A stretch of 64,000 nt of DNA from Lachnospiraceae bacterium (lineage in GTDB: Bacteria; Bacillota; Clostridia; Lachnospirales; Lachnospiraceae): contig JAIDPF010000091.1 of assembly GCA_029062895.1 (NCBI GenBank), positions 1,502 through 65,501 on the forward strand. Reading direction: 5' to 3'. The translations under genes and the position numbers were made by a program. Shown in pieces: positions 1 through 10,824 of the stretch; within the stretch, counting starts at the first letter, position 1; every line of letters begins with the position of its first letter. The notes beneath the pieces were generated by a model. The model saw only the letters and a program-made list of their open reading frames with translations. It was not told where the DNA came from and did no database searches.

Positions 1-3000
1 GTTAAGATCAGTTTTGATCCGGCGTTCGCGAAAGAATATTCTTATGCCATCACCAGACTGGAAAGCGGCGCATCCGTGGAAATCAGTCCGGTGCAGATCC
101 TCTTGTCTTCGGAATATCTGTTTTCATTGACGGAGCGGATCGTGGGAAGTATGGAGATTCTGGTTTTGTCCAAGGAAACAGATACGGCGGATGCTTCTGA
201 CAGGAATATCATCGGAACTTTTCACCAGGAGATCGAAGTACTGGCATATGACCAGTGGAGCGGGTTGATGATCATGCCGGAGATGTCGGCTGCCTTTGTG
301 ATGCCTAATCATCCGGTGATCGCGCCAATCCTGACGAAAGCCTCTGCAATCTTAAAACAGTGGAATGCCGCGCCGTCATTTACCGGCTATCAGACACAGA
401 ATCCCAATCATGTAAAAATGCAGATGGCGGCGATCTTTGCGTCGCTTCATGAGGAGCATATCATTTATACGAATCCCCCGGCAAGCTATGAGGAAATGGG
501 GCAGAGGATCAGACTGCCGCATGTTTTATTAGAACAGAAACAGGGAACCTGTCTGGATCTTTCCGTATTGTATGCTTCCTGTCTGGAAGCTGTGGGTATC
601 CATCCGCTTTTGATGTTTATCAAAGGGCATGCATTTGCGGGGGCATGGCTGGAGGAACAGACATTTGCAGACTGTGCTGTAGATGACGTGTCTGCGCTGT
701 CGAAACGGCTTGCAGAAGGCGCGGAGGAGCTTCTGTTGGTTGAGTGTACAGACTATGTAGAAGGGAAAAATGTTGATTTTGATACTGCATTAGCTCATGG
801 TAAGGCGCATCTGCTTCATGAGGAAGAATTTGAGTATGCAATTGACGTGCGCAGATGCCGAACAAGCGGGATAAGACCGATTCCGGTAAAACTGGAACAG
901 TCCTATGTTGGTGGCGGATGGACGGGCGAGGATGATCCGGATGGTAAGGCAGCTTATGGGGAAGCGCCTAAAGACCTTGCGAAGCGTTTCAATGATGCTG
1001 TTGTGAAGGAAGAAACTGCACCCACCCGTATGAAAGTCTGGGAGCGGAAACTGCTGGATTTTAGTCTGCGTAATACACTTTTGAATTTCCGCGCGACGAA
1101 AAATACCATTCAGCTTATGGCGGCGGATCTGGGGGAACTGGAGAATTGTCTGGCGGACGGAAAAGACTTTTTGATGATGGAGGTCCCGGCAGAATGGTCG
1201 GGGACATCCAAGGATGCCAGAATATACGAGATTGAGAATGAAAAGGATTACATAGAACAGATTGCGGGCGAGGAAATGAAAAATCACCGGATTCGTACGT
1301 TTTTGAAGACGGAAGAACTGGATAAGAGCTTAAGGAGCTTACAGCGTGCTACCCGCGTCAGTATGGAAGAGAATGGTACAAATACCCTTTATCTTGCCCT
1401 TGGTTTCCTGCGCTGGTATGAGAGCGATGTATCGGAAAAGGCGAGGTATGCGCCGCTTGTTATGATTCCCATTGATCTGGTTCGTAATTTCCGTAACAAG
1501 GGCTATGTTATACGCAGCCGTGATGAAGAGACGCAGATCAATATCACGTTGTTGGAATATTTAAGGCAGGTTCATGGAATCAAGATCAGTGGTCTGGATC
1601 CATTGCCCTGTGATGAACATGGGATAGACCTTCCGCTGGTATTTCATATTATCCGGCAGAGTATTCTTGAGAAGCGTCAATGGAATATTGAAAATATGGC
1701 ATTTATCGGATTATTCTCCTTTGGGCGCTTTGTCATGTGGAATGATCTTCGCAGCCGGTCAGAAGATCTTTTGGAGAATAAAGTGGTTGCCAGTCTGATG
1801 GAAGGCAGGATGACATGGCAGGAGGAACAGCTTGGAATCGATGATACCAATCTTGATGAGAAGATACCCCCGGAGAGTATGGCAGTTCCGTTAAGCGCCG
1901 ATTCTTCACAGATGGTTGCCATCGCAGCAGCTGCAGGCGGGCAGAGCTTTGTTCTGCATGGACCGCCGGGAACAGGAAAGTCACAGACCATTACCAATAT
2001 GATAGCCAATGCCTTATATCAGGGCAAATCTGTTTTGTTTGTGGCAGAGAAAATGGCAGCGTTGTCAGTTGTCCGAAGCCGTCTGGAAAAGATCGGTTTA
2101 GGACCGTTCTGCCTAGAGCTTCATTCCAATAAAACCAATAAAACCTCTGTATTAAATCAACTGAATCAGGCGTTGGAGATTGGAAGGATCAAGAACCCGG
2201 AAGAGTATCAGGCGACGGCGGAGGAGTTAAAAAAAGTACGCGGTCAGCTTAATTATATCATGGAAGCGATCCATCGTAAGAGAGAATACGGGTGTTCCCT
2301 ATATGAAGCGATTTCCTGTTATGAGCAGAATATTGATCAGAAGGGCAGCGTGACATTTGACAGGGAACAGGTGAATACACTGACCGGGGAGCAGATCGAC
2401 GGATGGATCCGGTTGGTAAAGGATTATGAAGCGGCGGCGCGGATCGCCAGTACTTATGATCAGAGCCCGTGGGTGGGTTATGAAGGCGTACAGTACAGCA
2501 TAGAACTTCGCGACCAGCTTGTAAAGGAGCTTCAAGAGATGGAGGCGGTCTGCAAAGGGGCAGTATCGAAAGTAAGCCGGTTAAAAGAATGGGCTGGTGT
2601 TGTCAATGAAGACAGCCGGGATACCATAGAAAAAATACTTGGGTTATGCGTATTGTTGAAAGATCCGGCGCCGGTACTGACGGGGCTGTTGGAACTGCCT
2701 GATCATGCAGGGGTGGTAGAACAGCTTCATCATATGGCTGCTGCAGGACGGGAATATCAGCAGAAGCAGGCGGAGATCCTTGCTTCCTACGAACCGCAGA
2801 TCTTACAATATCCTGCCGGGGACGCTTCGCTTCGGTATAAACAAGCGCAAAACAGCTGGGTTCTGCCCAGATTATTACAGACCAATAAACTGTTAAAGGA
2901 AATCAGGCTGTACGCAAAGGATCCCAAAGGAATAACGAAAGAAAGTCTTCCGGCGGTCTATGAACAGCTGGGTCTCCTGTCGGAACTGCAAAATAAGATA

Positions 3001-5778
3001 ACGTCCGTACCGGCGGAGATCACTTCGCTGACAGGCGGGGTGTACGCAGGCGTTAATACGGATTTTACAAAGCTGCAGGCGTCGGTGGATAAAACCGAGA
3101 AGATATATCAGAGCATGCAGTCCTTGTCTTTTGGCGACAGGGGTCAATTGATACAAAATATTTCCGGAATAGGAAATCTGTCGGTATCGTCTGCTGCGGG
3201 CGGAGTACAGACGCAGGATGTTGCAGCTGCAGACACTTCTCAGATATTGGATTATACAGAAAGTTTGTGCGAGGATATTCGTGCCTTGGATGAAATGACC
3301 GGCAGATATCATATTGACCTAACGCAGGAAGAAAAGGGCTCCCATTGGCTTACGGATACTGCGGATACCTTTGCGCGGTATCAAAAGTCGATGGACACGT
3401 TCAAGGAGTGGGTAAACTTTAATCAGGTTGAAACGCAGGTAAAGGAACAGGGACTTTTGCAGCTGGTGGAAGCTTATCATGAAGGAATCGTCAAGGCTGA
3501 TGCCATGGTCGGAGCCGTACTTTGCAATCTATATTATGGACTTAGCGTTAAGACGATTACGCAGGATGACAAACTGAACCATTTTCAGGGAAGCCAGTAT
3601 GAAAACCAGATTGCGGAATATGATGCGCTGCTTGAAAAATTCCAAGACCTGACGATACAGGAGCTGGTGGCTGGCTTATCAGCGAAGATACCGAACAGCG
3701 CGGTTGAGAGTGTTTCTTCCTCAGAGATGGGGATTCTAAAGAGGGCGATCAAGAGCAAAGGAAGGATGATGTCCATCCGTAAGCTGTTTAATGAGATTCC
3801 CACACTGCTTCGAAAACTTTCGCCTTGTATGCTGATGAGTCCCATTTCAGTAGCGCAGTATATCGATCCGAAGTTTCCGAAATTTGATCTGGTGATTTTT
3901 GACGAGGCGTCACAGCTAGAGACCAGCGAGGCAGTCGGGACCATCGCAAGAGGAGATCATGTTGTCGTTGTCGGGGATCCCAATCAGCTTCCGCCCACGA
4001 GTTTCTTTTCTTCCAATCATGTGGATGAGGAGAATTACGAGCATGAGGATCTGGAGAGTCTGTTGGATGATTGTCTGGCAATCTCCATGCCGCAGGAGTA
4101 TCTCAAGTGGCATTACCGTTCCAGACATGAAAGCCTGATTGCATACAGCAATATGAAATATTATGATAATAAACTTTATACGTTCCCTTCGCCGAACGAC
4201 CTTGTTTCGGAAGTGAAGTTGATTCCGGTGGAGGGAAGCTATGATAAGGGAAAAACAAAGCAGAACAGGGCGGAAGCGGAAGCTGTTGTGGCGGAAATCA
4301 TCCGAAGGCTTCAAGATGATGAACTGCGTAAGGACAGTATCGGCGTCGTAACATTCAGTTCCGTGCAGCAGAACCTGATCGAGGATCTTTTAATGGAGGA
4401 ATTTACCAAATATCCGGAACTTGGCGATATGGATGCCCAGTCCAAAGAGCCGGTGTTTATTAAGAATCTGGAAAATGTCCAGGGAGACGAGCGGGATGTG
4501 ATCCTGTTCTCCGTGGGCTATGGACCGGATGAGAACGGTAAGGTATCTATGAACTTCGGACCGCTCAATCAGGAGGGCGGATGGAGGCGGTTAAATGTTG
4601 CGATCTCCAGAGCGCGCAAGAGTATGATCGTCTATGCGGTGATCCGTCCGGAGCAGATCGATCTGTCAAGAACTCGCTCTGAAGGGGTTGCGGGACTGAA
4701 AGGATTTTTGGAGTATGCGGCAAGGGGAAGAGGAGCGCTGACAGTACATGCCGGACATCAGGAGTTGCGCAAGGATGGACTGGCAGAGGAAATCGCCGGG
4801 GCGATTGAAGCTATGGGTTATGCCGTAAGGACTAATATCGGTGATTCCAAATATAAGTTGGATATTGGCATTATTCATCCACAACATCCGGATATTTATC
4901 TGTTGGGTATTTTATTGGATGGAGAGAACAGCAGGGAAGCGACCCTGTCAAAAGACCGTTATATCCTGCAGCCCGGCGTCTTGGCGGGACTTGGCTGGAA
5001 GATCATGAGGATATGGGCGTTGGATTATCTGGATAACTCCAAGAAGATCTTGGGTGAAGTTGATCAAAAGATCAGGGAATTACTGGAACAGGAAAAACTG
5101 ACGGCAGATGAAGATATTCAGGGCAGGACAGGTGGGACCGGAAGCAGAGAAGCAGCCGGTGCAAATGCTGATGAGAAGCAGTCGCCGGTATTTGAAAAGG
5201 TTTCGGAAGCGGATATGCCTTCCGGGAAAAAGATGCCGTATCAGTCCATCCCGCCTGTAAAGAAAGGTGCGAGCGAAAGTTTTTATGAGCCGGAAACTTT
5301 ACAGTCGATCCGTCAGCTTATTGTTCAGATCCTGATCACGGAGGCACCGGTCAGCAGAAAGTATATGATGCGGAAAGTACTTGGCGCATGGGAAATTGCC
5401 AGAACCGGCAGCAGAGTTGAGCATGTATTTGATACGGCATTGCAAAATGTGCAGAGATCTGAAACGGTAGAAGCCGACAATACATTTTACTGGCGCGTCG
5501 ATCAGAAGCCGGAGGAATATGACAATTACCGGGCGGAGGATCAGTTTGGCAATCACAGGAGCATGGATGAAATAGCGGTACAGGAAATATTGTGTGCTGT
5601 TATGGAAGCGTTAGCGGAACAGGTAGCGGTCAGCAGAGAGGATCTTATCAGGGAAACAGGAAAGAAATTTGGCTATACCAGAATGGGAACAGTCATCGAA
5701 AAGGCAGTCAATAATGCTGTTGCTTATGGTATAGAGCACGGAAAGATCAGGGAGGCTGAAGGAAAGCTCATGCTTTGA
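1..5778 (+). CDS. DUF4011 / SF1 helicase / Vsr-like / DUF3320 protein with N-terminal transglutaminase-like domain (Hhe-like); 5'-truncated by the window edge
   Basis: Frame +1 is open from base 1 (VKISFDPAFAKEY...), so the true start lies upstream. Motifs: GTCLDL..GHAF (TGase-like), WERKLLDFSLRN (DUF4011), Walker A GPPGTGKSQT, FDLVIFDEASQ, WHYRS, NVQGDERD, RRLNVAISRAR, GWKIMRIW, C-terminal winged-helix-like region. Confidence 0.88.
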   Translation, partial: VKISFDPAFAKEYSYAITRLESGASVEISPVQILLSSEYLFSLTERIVGSMEILVLSKETDTADASDRNIIGTFHQEIEVLAYDQWSGLMIMPEMSAAFVMPNHPVIAPILTKASAILKQWNAAPSFTGYQTQNPNHVKMQMAAIFASLHEEHIIYTNPPASYEEMGQRIRLPHVLLEQKQGTCLDLSVLYASCLEAVGIHPLLMFIKGHAFAGAWLEEQTFADCAVDDVSALSKRLAEGAEELLLVECTDYVEGKNVDFDTALAHGKAHLLHEEEFEYAIDVRRCRTSGIRPIPVKLEQSYVGGGWTGEDDPDGKAAYGEAPKDLAKRFNDAVVKEETAPTRMKVWERKLLDFSLRNTLLNFRATKNTIQLMAADLGELENCLADGKDFLMMEVPAEWSGTSKDARIYEIENEKDYIEQIAGEEMKNHRIRTFLKTEELDKSLRSLQRATRVSMEENGTNTLYLALGFLRWYESDVSEKARYAPLVMIPIDLVRNFRNKGYVIRSRDEETQINITLLEYLRQVHGIKISGLDPLPCDEHGIDLPLVFHIIRQSILEKRQWNIENMAFIGLFSFGRFVMWNDLRSRSEDLLENKVVASLMEGRMTWQEEQLGIDDTNLDEKIPPESMAVPLSADSSQMVAIAAAAGGQSFVLHGPPGTGKSQTITNMIANALYQGKSVLFVAEKMAALSVVRSRLEKIGLGPFCLELHSNKTNKTSVLNQLNQALEIGRIKNPEEYQATAEELKKVRGQLNYIMEAIHRKREYGCSLYEAISCYEQNIDQKGSVTFDREQVNTLTGEQIDGWIRLVKDYEAAARIASTYDQSPWVGYEGVQYSIELRDQLVKELQEMEAVCKGAVSKVSRLKEWAGVVNEDSRDTIEKILGLCVLLKDPAPVLTGLLELPDHAGVVEQLHHMAAAGREYQQKQAEILASYEPQILQYPAGDASLRYKQAQNSWVLPRLLQTNKLLKEIRLYAKDPKGITKESLPAVYEQLGLLSELQNKITSVPAEITSLTGGVYAGVNTDFTKLQASVDKTEKIYQSMQSLSFGDRGQLIQNISGIGNLSVSSAAGGVQTQDVAAADTSQILDYTESLCEDIRALDEMTGRYHIDLTQEEKGSHWLTDTADTFARYQKSMDTFKEWVNFNQVETQVKEQGLLQLVEAYHEGIVKADAMVGAVLCNLYYGLSVKTITQDDKLNHFQGSQYENQIAEYDALLEKFQDLTIQELVAGLSAKIPNSAVESVSSSEMGILKRAIKSKGRMMSIRKLFNEIPTLLRKLSPCMLMSPISVAQYIDPKFPKFDLVIFDEASQLETSEAVGTIARGDHVVVVGDPNQLPPTSFFSSNHVDEENYEHEDLESLLDDCLAISMPQEYLKWHYRSRHESLIAYSNMKYYDNKLYTFPSPNDLVSEVKLIPVEGSYDKGKTKQNRAEAEAVVAEIIRRLQDDELRKDSIGVVTFSSVQQNLIEDLLMEEFTKYPELGDMDAQSKEPVFIKNLENVQGDERDVILFSVGYGPDENGKVSMNFGPLNQEGGWRRLNVAISRARKSMIVYAVIRPEQIDLSRTRSEGVAGLKGFLEYAARGRGALTVHAGHQELRKDGLAEEIAGAIEAMGYAVRTNIGDSKYKLDIGIIHPQHPDIYLLGILLDGENSREATLSKDRYILQPGVLAGLGWKIMRIWALDYLDNSKKILGEVDQKIRELLEQEKLTADEDIQGRTGGTGSREAAGANADEKQSPVFEKVSEADMPSGKKMPYQSIPPVKKGASESFYEPETLQSIRQLIVQILITEAPVSRKYMMRKVLGAWEIARTGSRVEHVFDTALQNVQRSETVEADNTFYWRVDQKPEEYDNYRAEDQFGNHRSMDEIAVQEILCAVMEALAEQVAVSREDLIRETGKKFGYTRMGTVIEKAVNNAVAYGIEHGKIREAEGKLML

Positions 5779-5876
5779 CTTGCATTTTTTTATAAAATTA
5801 GTTATAATTCCTAATTATTGGCGATTTTATTGCTGATATCATTAGTGAAAGCAATAACAGGAGAGGAGAAGTGATT

Positions 5877-6665
5877 ATGAAAAAGATGTTAAAAAACTAT
5901 TTTATGTTAGCGGCTGCCTTGACGCTGGTAATGGCGATGCTGTGCGGATGCGGTAATGACAATGCGACAGGGGCGAATGACGGAGCGTTTACAACAGTGA
6001 CAGAGGGCAAGCTGATCATGGCGACGAACGCGTATTTTCCGCCTTACGAGTATTATGAAGGAGATGCGATCGTAGGCATTGACGCAGAGGTTGCACAGGC
6101 AATTGCCGATAAGCTGGGTTTAGAGCTTGAGATTCAGGATATGGAGTTTGGTTCGATCATTACAGCGGTTCAGACGGGTAAGGTGGATATGGGACTTGCC
6201 GGCATGACGGTGACAGAAGAACGACTTCAGAATGTTGATTTTACTACGTCATATGCAACCGGTATCCAGTCTGTCATTGTTCCGGAAGGATCAGAGATTA
6301 CTTCTGTTGATGATCTTGCAGGACATATGATCGGTGTACAGCTTTCTACAACAGGCGATATCTACGCTACAGATGATTTTGGCGCAGATTATGTGGAGCA
6401 GTACAATAAGGGTGCGGATGCTGTTCTTGCGCTTACGCAGGGTAAAGTAGATGCCGTGATCATTGATAACCAGCCGGCGCTTAGTTTTGTTGCGGCAAAT
6501 GAAGGGTTGGTAATTCTTGATACGGAATATGCGATTGAGGATTATGCGGCATGTATTTCCAAAAACAATCCTGAATTAATGGAAGCTGTAAACACCGCAT
6601 TGGAAGAGCTGATTGCGGACGGAACTATTCAGGGAATTCTTGATAAGTATATCAAGGCTGAATAA
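5877..6665 (+). CDS. Polar amino acid ABC transporter substrate-binding lipoprotein
   Basis: Lipobox MLCGC; ATNAYFPPYEY, GIDAEVA, AGMTVTEER, DAVIID motifs of SBP family 3; RBS ggagaggag before ATG 5877 (GTG 5871 also possible). Confidence 0.93.
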   Translation: MKKMLKNYFMLAAALTLVMAMLCGCGNDNATGANDGAFTTVTEGKLIMATNAYFPPYEYYEGDAIVGIDAEVAQAIADKLGLELEIQDMEFGSIITAVQTGKVDMGLAGMTVTEERLQNVDFTTSYATGIQSVIVPEGSEITSVDDLAGHMIGVQLSTTGDIYATDDFGADYVEQYNKGADAVLALTQGKVDAVIIDNQPALSFVAANEGLVILDTEYAIEDYAACISKNNPELMEAVNTALEELIADGTIQGILDKYIKAE

Positions 6666-6693
6666 GTAGAAATTGCAGACTGAAACTGAAAAT

Positions 6694-6731
6694 AAGGAGA
6701 TGCAGGATGAAACGCCGGCATCTTCTTTTTT
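6694..6731 (+). terminator. Intrinsic terminator after the SBP gene
   Basis: Stem aaggagatgc / gcatcttctt followed by a T run. Confidence 0.7.
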
Positions 6732-6854
6732 ACTGAAATAGCCGCCTGTATATTGGCGGATGCATCCAATGTGGTCCAATATTGACCGATGATCTGTATT
6801 AGTAATATAATGTGCGTAGAAAAAGAGAGAAACTTCAAAGTGGGGAGTGAGACG

Positions 6855-7757
6855 ATGAAAAAGGCGCTTATTACCGGCGGTACGGTTTTTGTAAGTCGTT
6901 ATGCTGCCGAGTATTATGTCAAAAAAGGATATGAGGTCTATGTTTTGAACCGGAACAGCAGGGTGCAGCCGGAGGGTGTTACTTTGATTGAAGCAGACAG
7001 GCATAATCTGGGGAATCAACTGCGTGACTATCATTTTGATGTGGTTTTCGATATTACCGCTTATGATGCAGAGGATATAGATTGCTTACTGGATGCTTTG
7101 GGAAGTTATGAAGATTATATCATGATCAGCTCCAGCGCCGTATATCCGGAGTATGGGCCACAGCCTTTTTGTGAGAATACGCAGTTAGGTGAAAATAAAT
7201 TCTGGGGTAAGTATGGAACCGGGAAGATCGAAGCGGAACAGGCATTGATCAGACGTAGTCCAAACGCTTATATTTTACGCCCGCCTTATCTGTATGGACC
7301 GATGAATAATGTATATCGTGAGGCGTTTGTGTTTGAGTGCGCACGAAAGAATAGACCGTTTTATCTGCCGCAGGAAGGGCAGATGCAGCTACAGTTCTTT
7401 TATATTGATGATTTATGCCGATTTATGGATATTCTTCTGGAGCAAAAGCCTAAACGGCATATCTTTAATGTGGGAAATAGAGAAACCATATCTGTCCGCG
7501 ATTGGGTTTCTTTATGTTATCGGATTGCCGGAAAAGATGCAGAGTTTGTTAATGTCAACAGTAAGATAGAGCAAAGAAATTACTTTAGTTTTTATAACTA
7601 TGAATATTGTCTTAATGTGAAGGCGCAGGAGGATCTGATGCCAGAGACGACCTTGCTGGAAGATGGATTAGAAGAATCCTTTCGGTGGTATCTGGGGCAT
7701 GAGGATGCAGTAAACCAAAAACCTTTTATTCAATATATTGATACGCATTTGAATTAG
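6855..7757 (+). CDS. NAD-dependent epimerase/dehydratase family protein
   Basis: ALITGGTVFVS Rossmann start, ISSSAVY, YGTGK (YxxxK), LRPPYLYGP; start moved to ATG 6855 after ggggag. Confidence 0.88.
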   Translation: MKKALITGGTVFVSRYAAEYYVKKGYEVYVLNRNSRVQPEGVTLIEADRHNLGNQLRDYHFDVVFDITAYDAEDIDCLLDALGSYEDYIMISSSAVYPEYGPQPFCENTQLGENKFWGKYGTGKIEAEQALIRRSPNAYILRPPYLYGPMNNVYREAFVFECARKNRPFYLPQEGQMQLQFFYIDDLCRFMDILLEQKPKRHIFNVGNRETISVRDWVSLCYRIAGKDAEFVNVNSKIEQRNYFSFYNYEYCLNVKAQEDLMPETTLLEDGLEESFRWYLGHEDAVNQKPFIQYIDTHLN

Positions 7758-7841
7758 GGAGACGTTGATGAAAGTGCTTCATTAGGAAAGATTTATGGGT
7801 TACAAATGATGAAAATTGTGATATGATAAGAAAATGTCTAA

Positions 7842-7896
7842 CATGAAAATGTTATCATGAAAATATTTTCATGATAATGTTTTACATGACAATGTT
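7842..7896. repeat. Four tandem 14-15 bp repeats CATGANAATRTT including a perfect 26-bp palindrome; candidate operator array
   Basis: Units start at 7842, 7856, 7870, 7885; ttatcatgaaaat/attttcatgataa at 7852-7877 is a perfect inverted repeat. Confidence 0.8.
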
Positions 7897-7965
7897 TTGC
7901 ATAGGACAAAGTGTATTAACAGCAATGTACATATCAAATAATATCAAGATAACGGAGAGAAGAAC

Positions 7966-8697
7966 GTGACGGAATGGTGGAATGATCTGGTTGCAAAATT
8001 TGTGCTGGATTTTGTGGAAAAGGAAAGATGGCGTTATATTACAAACGGCGTAGTGGTTACTTTACAGGTGACCGCTGCCGCGCTTTTAATGGGACTTGTG
8101 ATTGGTATTCTGGTAGCGATCGTCAGGACATCGCATGATCAGATCGGAAAGAAGAACCTTCATGGGTTTTCGGGATTTCTGCTTCGGTTTTTAAACGCGA
8201 TGTGCAGCATCTATCTGACAGTGATCCGCGGTACGCCGATGATGGTACAGTTGATGATCATGTATTTTGTGATTTTAGCCAGCAGTACGAATAAATTTTT
8301 AGTGGCGTTTTTGTCGTTTGGTATTAATTCGGGCGCATATATTGCCGAGATTATGCGTTCCGGTATTATGTCTATAGATAAGGGACAGATGGAGGCGGGA
8401 AGGTCGCTGGGGCTTGGTTATGCGAAGACCATGCAGAAGATCATTATGCCACAGGCGATCAAGAATGTGCTTCCGGCGCTGGTCAATGAGATGATCACAT
8501 TGCTGAAAGAGACGTCTATCTGTGGTACGATCGGGTTAAATGAACTGACGCGCGGCGGGGACATCATCCGTGGCGTTACTTATGATGCGATGTTGCCTCT
8601 ACTTGTGGTAGCGTTGATTTATCTTGCAATCGTCATGTTCTTCACATGGATTATGGGGTTGTTGGAAAGGAGGCTGCGGGAAAGTGATATCCGTTAG
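7966..8697 (+). CDS. Polar amino acid ABC transporter permease
   Basis: [32 protein letters not shown] (EAA loop), LLKETS. Confidence 0.95.
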   Translation: MTEWWNDLVAKFVLDFVEKERWRYITNGVVVTLQVTAAALLMGLVIGILVAIVRTSHDQIGKKNLHGFSGFLLRFLNAMCSIYLTVIRGTPMMVQLMIMYFVILASSTNKFLVAFLSFGINSGAYIAEIMRSGIMSIDKGQMEAGRSLGLGYAKTMQKIIMPQAIKNVLPALVNEMITLLKETSICGTIGLNELTRGGDIIRGVTYDAMLPLLVVALIYLAIVMFFTWIMGLLERRLRESDIR

Positions 8698-9409
8698 AAA
8701 CTTATGTAAGGATTTCGGAGCACATAAGGTACTCCGTGGAATTAACTATGAAATAGGGCAGGGGGAAAAGATTGTTATCATCGGTCCGTCCGGTTCCGGC
8801 AAGTCTACTTTTTTAAGATGCCTAAATCTGTTGGAAACCCCTACGTCCGGTCAGATTTTCTTTGAAGGAACGGAAATAACGGGAAAAGGCGTTGATATTA
8901 ATAAGATAAGGCAGCAGATGGGAATGGTATTCCAGCATTTTAATCTGTTCCCACACTTAAGCATTATGGATAATCTGATCCTTGCTCCGGTAGAATTAAA
9001 ACTGATGACGAAGGAAGAGGCGAAAGAGGAAGCGTTGAGGCTGTTGGATATTGTTGGTCTTAGGGAGAAAGCTGATTCTTATCCCGGGCAGCTGTCCGGT
9101 GGACAGAAGCAGAGAATTGCAATTGTGCGGTCGTTGGCGTTAAAACCTAAGATGATGCTTTTTGACGAGCCCACCAGCGCGCTTGATCCTGAGATGGTCG
9201 GAGAGGTGCTGGAGGTTATGAAAAATCTGGCAGAGGATGGAATGACCATGGCGGTTGTAACCCATGAAATGGGATTTGCCAAGGAGGTTGGAACGAAGGT
9301 CCTGTTTATGGATGAGGGTATCATTTTAGAGGAAGGAACGCCGGAAGAAATTTTCGGAAATCCCAAACAGGATCGAACGAAGGAATTTTTATCAAAAGTT
9401 TTGATATAG
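8684..9409 (+). CDS. Polar amino acid ABC transporter ATP-binding protein (GlnQ family)
   Basis: [34 protein letters not shown]; GTG 8684 after gaaaggagg, overlapping the permease stop. Confidence 0.95.
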   Translation: MISVRNLCKDFGAHKVLRGINYEIGQGEKIVIIGPSGSGKSTFLRCLNLLETPTSGQIFFEGTEITGKGVDINKIRQQMGMVFQHFNLFPHLSIMDNLILAPVELKLMTKEEAKEEALRLLDIVGLREKADSYPGQLSGGQKQRIAIVRSLALKPKMMLFDEPTSALDPEMVGEVLEVMKNLAEDGMTMAVVTHEMGFAKEVGTKVLFMDEGIILEEGTPEEIFGNPKQDRTKEFLSKVLI

Positions 9410-9440
9410 CGAAGAACATACATGATGGAGAAAAGAGGTT

Positions 9441-10823
9441 TTGGCTTTGAAATCCGCTATTCATAATACCAATATGATGAATGGTTCTTTGTGGAATAAG
9501 ATTTTGCTTTTTGCACTGCCATTGGCGGCAACCGGTATTTTGCAGCAGCTTTTTAACGCAGCCGACATAGCGGTAGTAGGACGCTTTACCGGGGATCAGG
9601 GGGAAGCTGCCGTGGCGGCAGTGGGCGCAAACAGCCCTATTATCGGACTGATCGTAAATGCCTTTATCGGCATTTCACTTGGGTCGAATGTTGTGATTGC
9701 CAATGCCGTAGGCTGCGGAAATACCAAAACCGTAAAAAAAGCAGTACATACGTCCGTCCTGCTTGCCCTTATCATAGGAGTTTTGATATCTGTTCTGGGA
9801 CAGGTCTTTGCAAAGAGGATCTTTCTTTCCCAGAATGTCCCTGCCGACGTGATCGATATGGCGATTCTGTACTTCAGAGTATATATGATCGGAGTTCCGG
9901 TAATCCTATTGTATAATTTTGAATCTTCGATTTTCCGTGCCATAGGTAATACAAAAATGCCCCTGATTGCACTGTCAATATCGGGGGTTCTTAATGTATT
10001 ACTAAACTTGTTTTTTGTCTGTGTTTTGCATATGACCGTAAACGGCGTGGCGCTTGCAACGGTGATATCGAATCTTATAAGTTCTGCTATTTTATTAACC
10101 GCTCTTATAAAAAGTGATGATATGGTACAATTAAAAATTTCGGATCTGAAAATAGACGGACCGGTTCTAAAAAATATTTTAAGAATCGGTATTCCGGCAG
10201 GCATACAGTCCGCAGTGTTCTCTTTTGCAAATATCATAGTCCAGAGCGCGATTAACAGTCTTGGGAAAATTGTCATGGCGGCATCAAGCGTAGCGTTTAA
10301 TATTGAAGTTTTTGCCTATGATGTACTGAACAGTTTCAGTCAGGCATGTACTACTTTTGTGGGACAAAATTACGGTGCCGGAAAAATAGACCGTTGCAAA
10401 AAGGCCTTTGGACTGTGTTATCTGGAGGGCTGTATTTTTACAGCGGCAGCGATTGGAATGATTCTTTTGTTTGGTCATGATATTTTAGCTATTTTCAACA
10501 AGAATCCGGAAGTCATAGAAAACGGATATTACAGGCTAATCATGATATTTTCTGCCTATTTCTTTTCTCTGTCATATGAAGTAATGTCCGGATATATGCG
10601 AGGTTTTGGGATATCTTTACTGCCGGCGGTGCTGACGATCATTGGGATCTGCGGTGTGAGAATTGTATGGATCTATCAGGTATTTCCAAAATATAATACC
10701 TTTCAGAATATTATGGTGGTATATCCGATTAGTTTATCGACAACGGCGATACTTATCTTTATTGCATTAATTTGTGCCCATCCGGCGAAAAGGATTCTTA
10801 ATAAAAGAAAAGAAGGTTCCTGA
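9441..10823 (+). CDS. MATE family efflux transporter
   Basis: PLAATGILQQLFNAAD, RAIGNTKMPL, GVALATVIS, two-repeat 12-TM pattern. Confidence 0.93.
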   Translation: MALKSAIHNTNMMNGSLWNKILLFALPLAATGILQQLFNAADIAVVGRFTGDQGEAAVAAVGANSPIIGLIVNAFIGISLGSNVVIANAVGCGNTKTVKKAVHTSVLLALIIGVLISVLGQVFAKRIFLSQNVPADVIDMAILYFRVYMIGVPVILLYNFESSIFRAIGNTKMPLIALSISGVLNVLLNLFFVCVLHMTVNGVALATVISNLISSAILLTALIKSDDMVQLKISDLKIDGPVLKNILRIGIPAGIQSAVFSFANIIVQSAINSLGKIVMAASSVAFNIEVFAYDVLNSFSQACTTFVGQNYGAGKIDRCKKAFGLCYLEGCIFTAAAIGMILLFGHDILAIFNKNPEVIENGYYRLIMIFSAYFFSLSYEVMSGYMRGFGISLLPAVLTIIGICGVRIVWIYQVFPKYNTFQNIMVVYPISLSTTAILIFIALICAHPAKRILNKRKEGS

Positions 10824-10824
10824 G

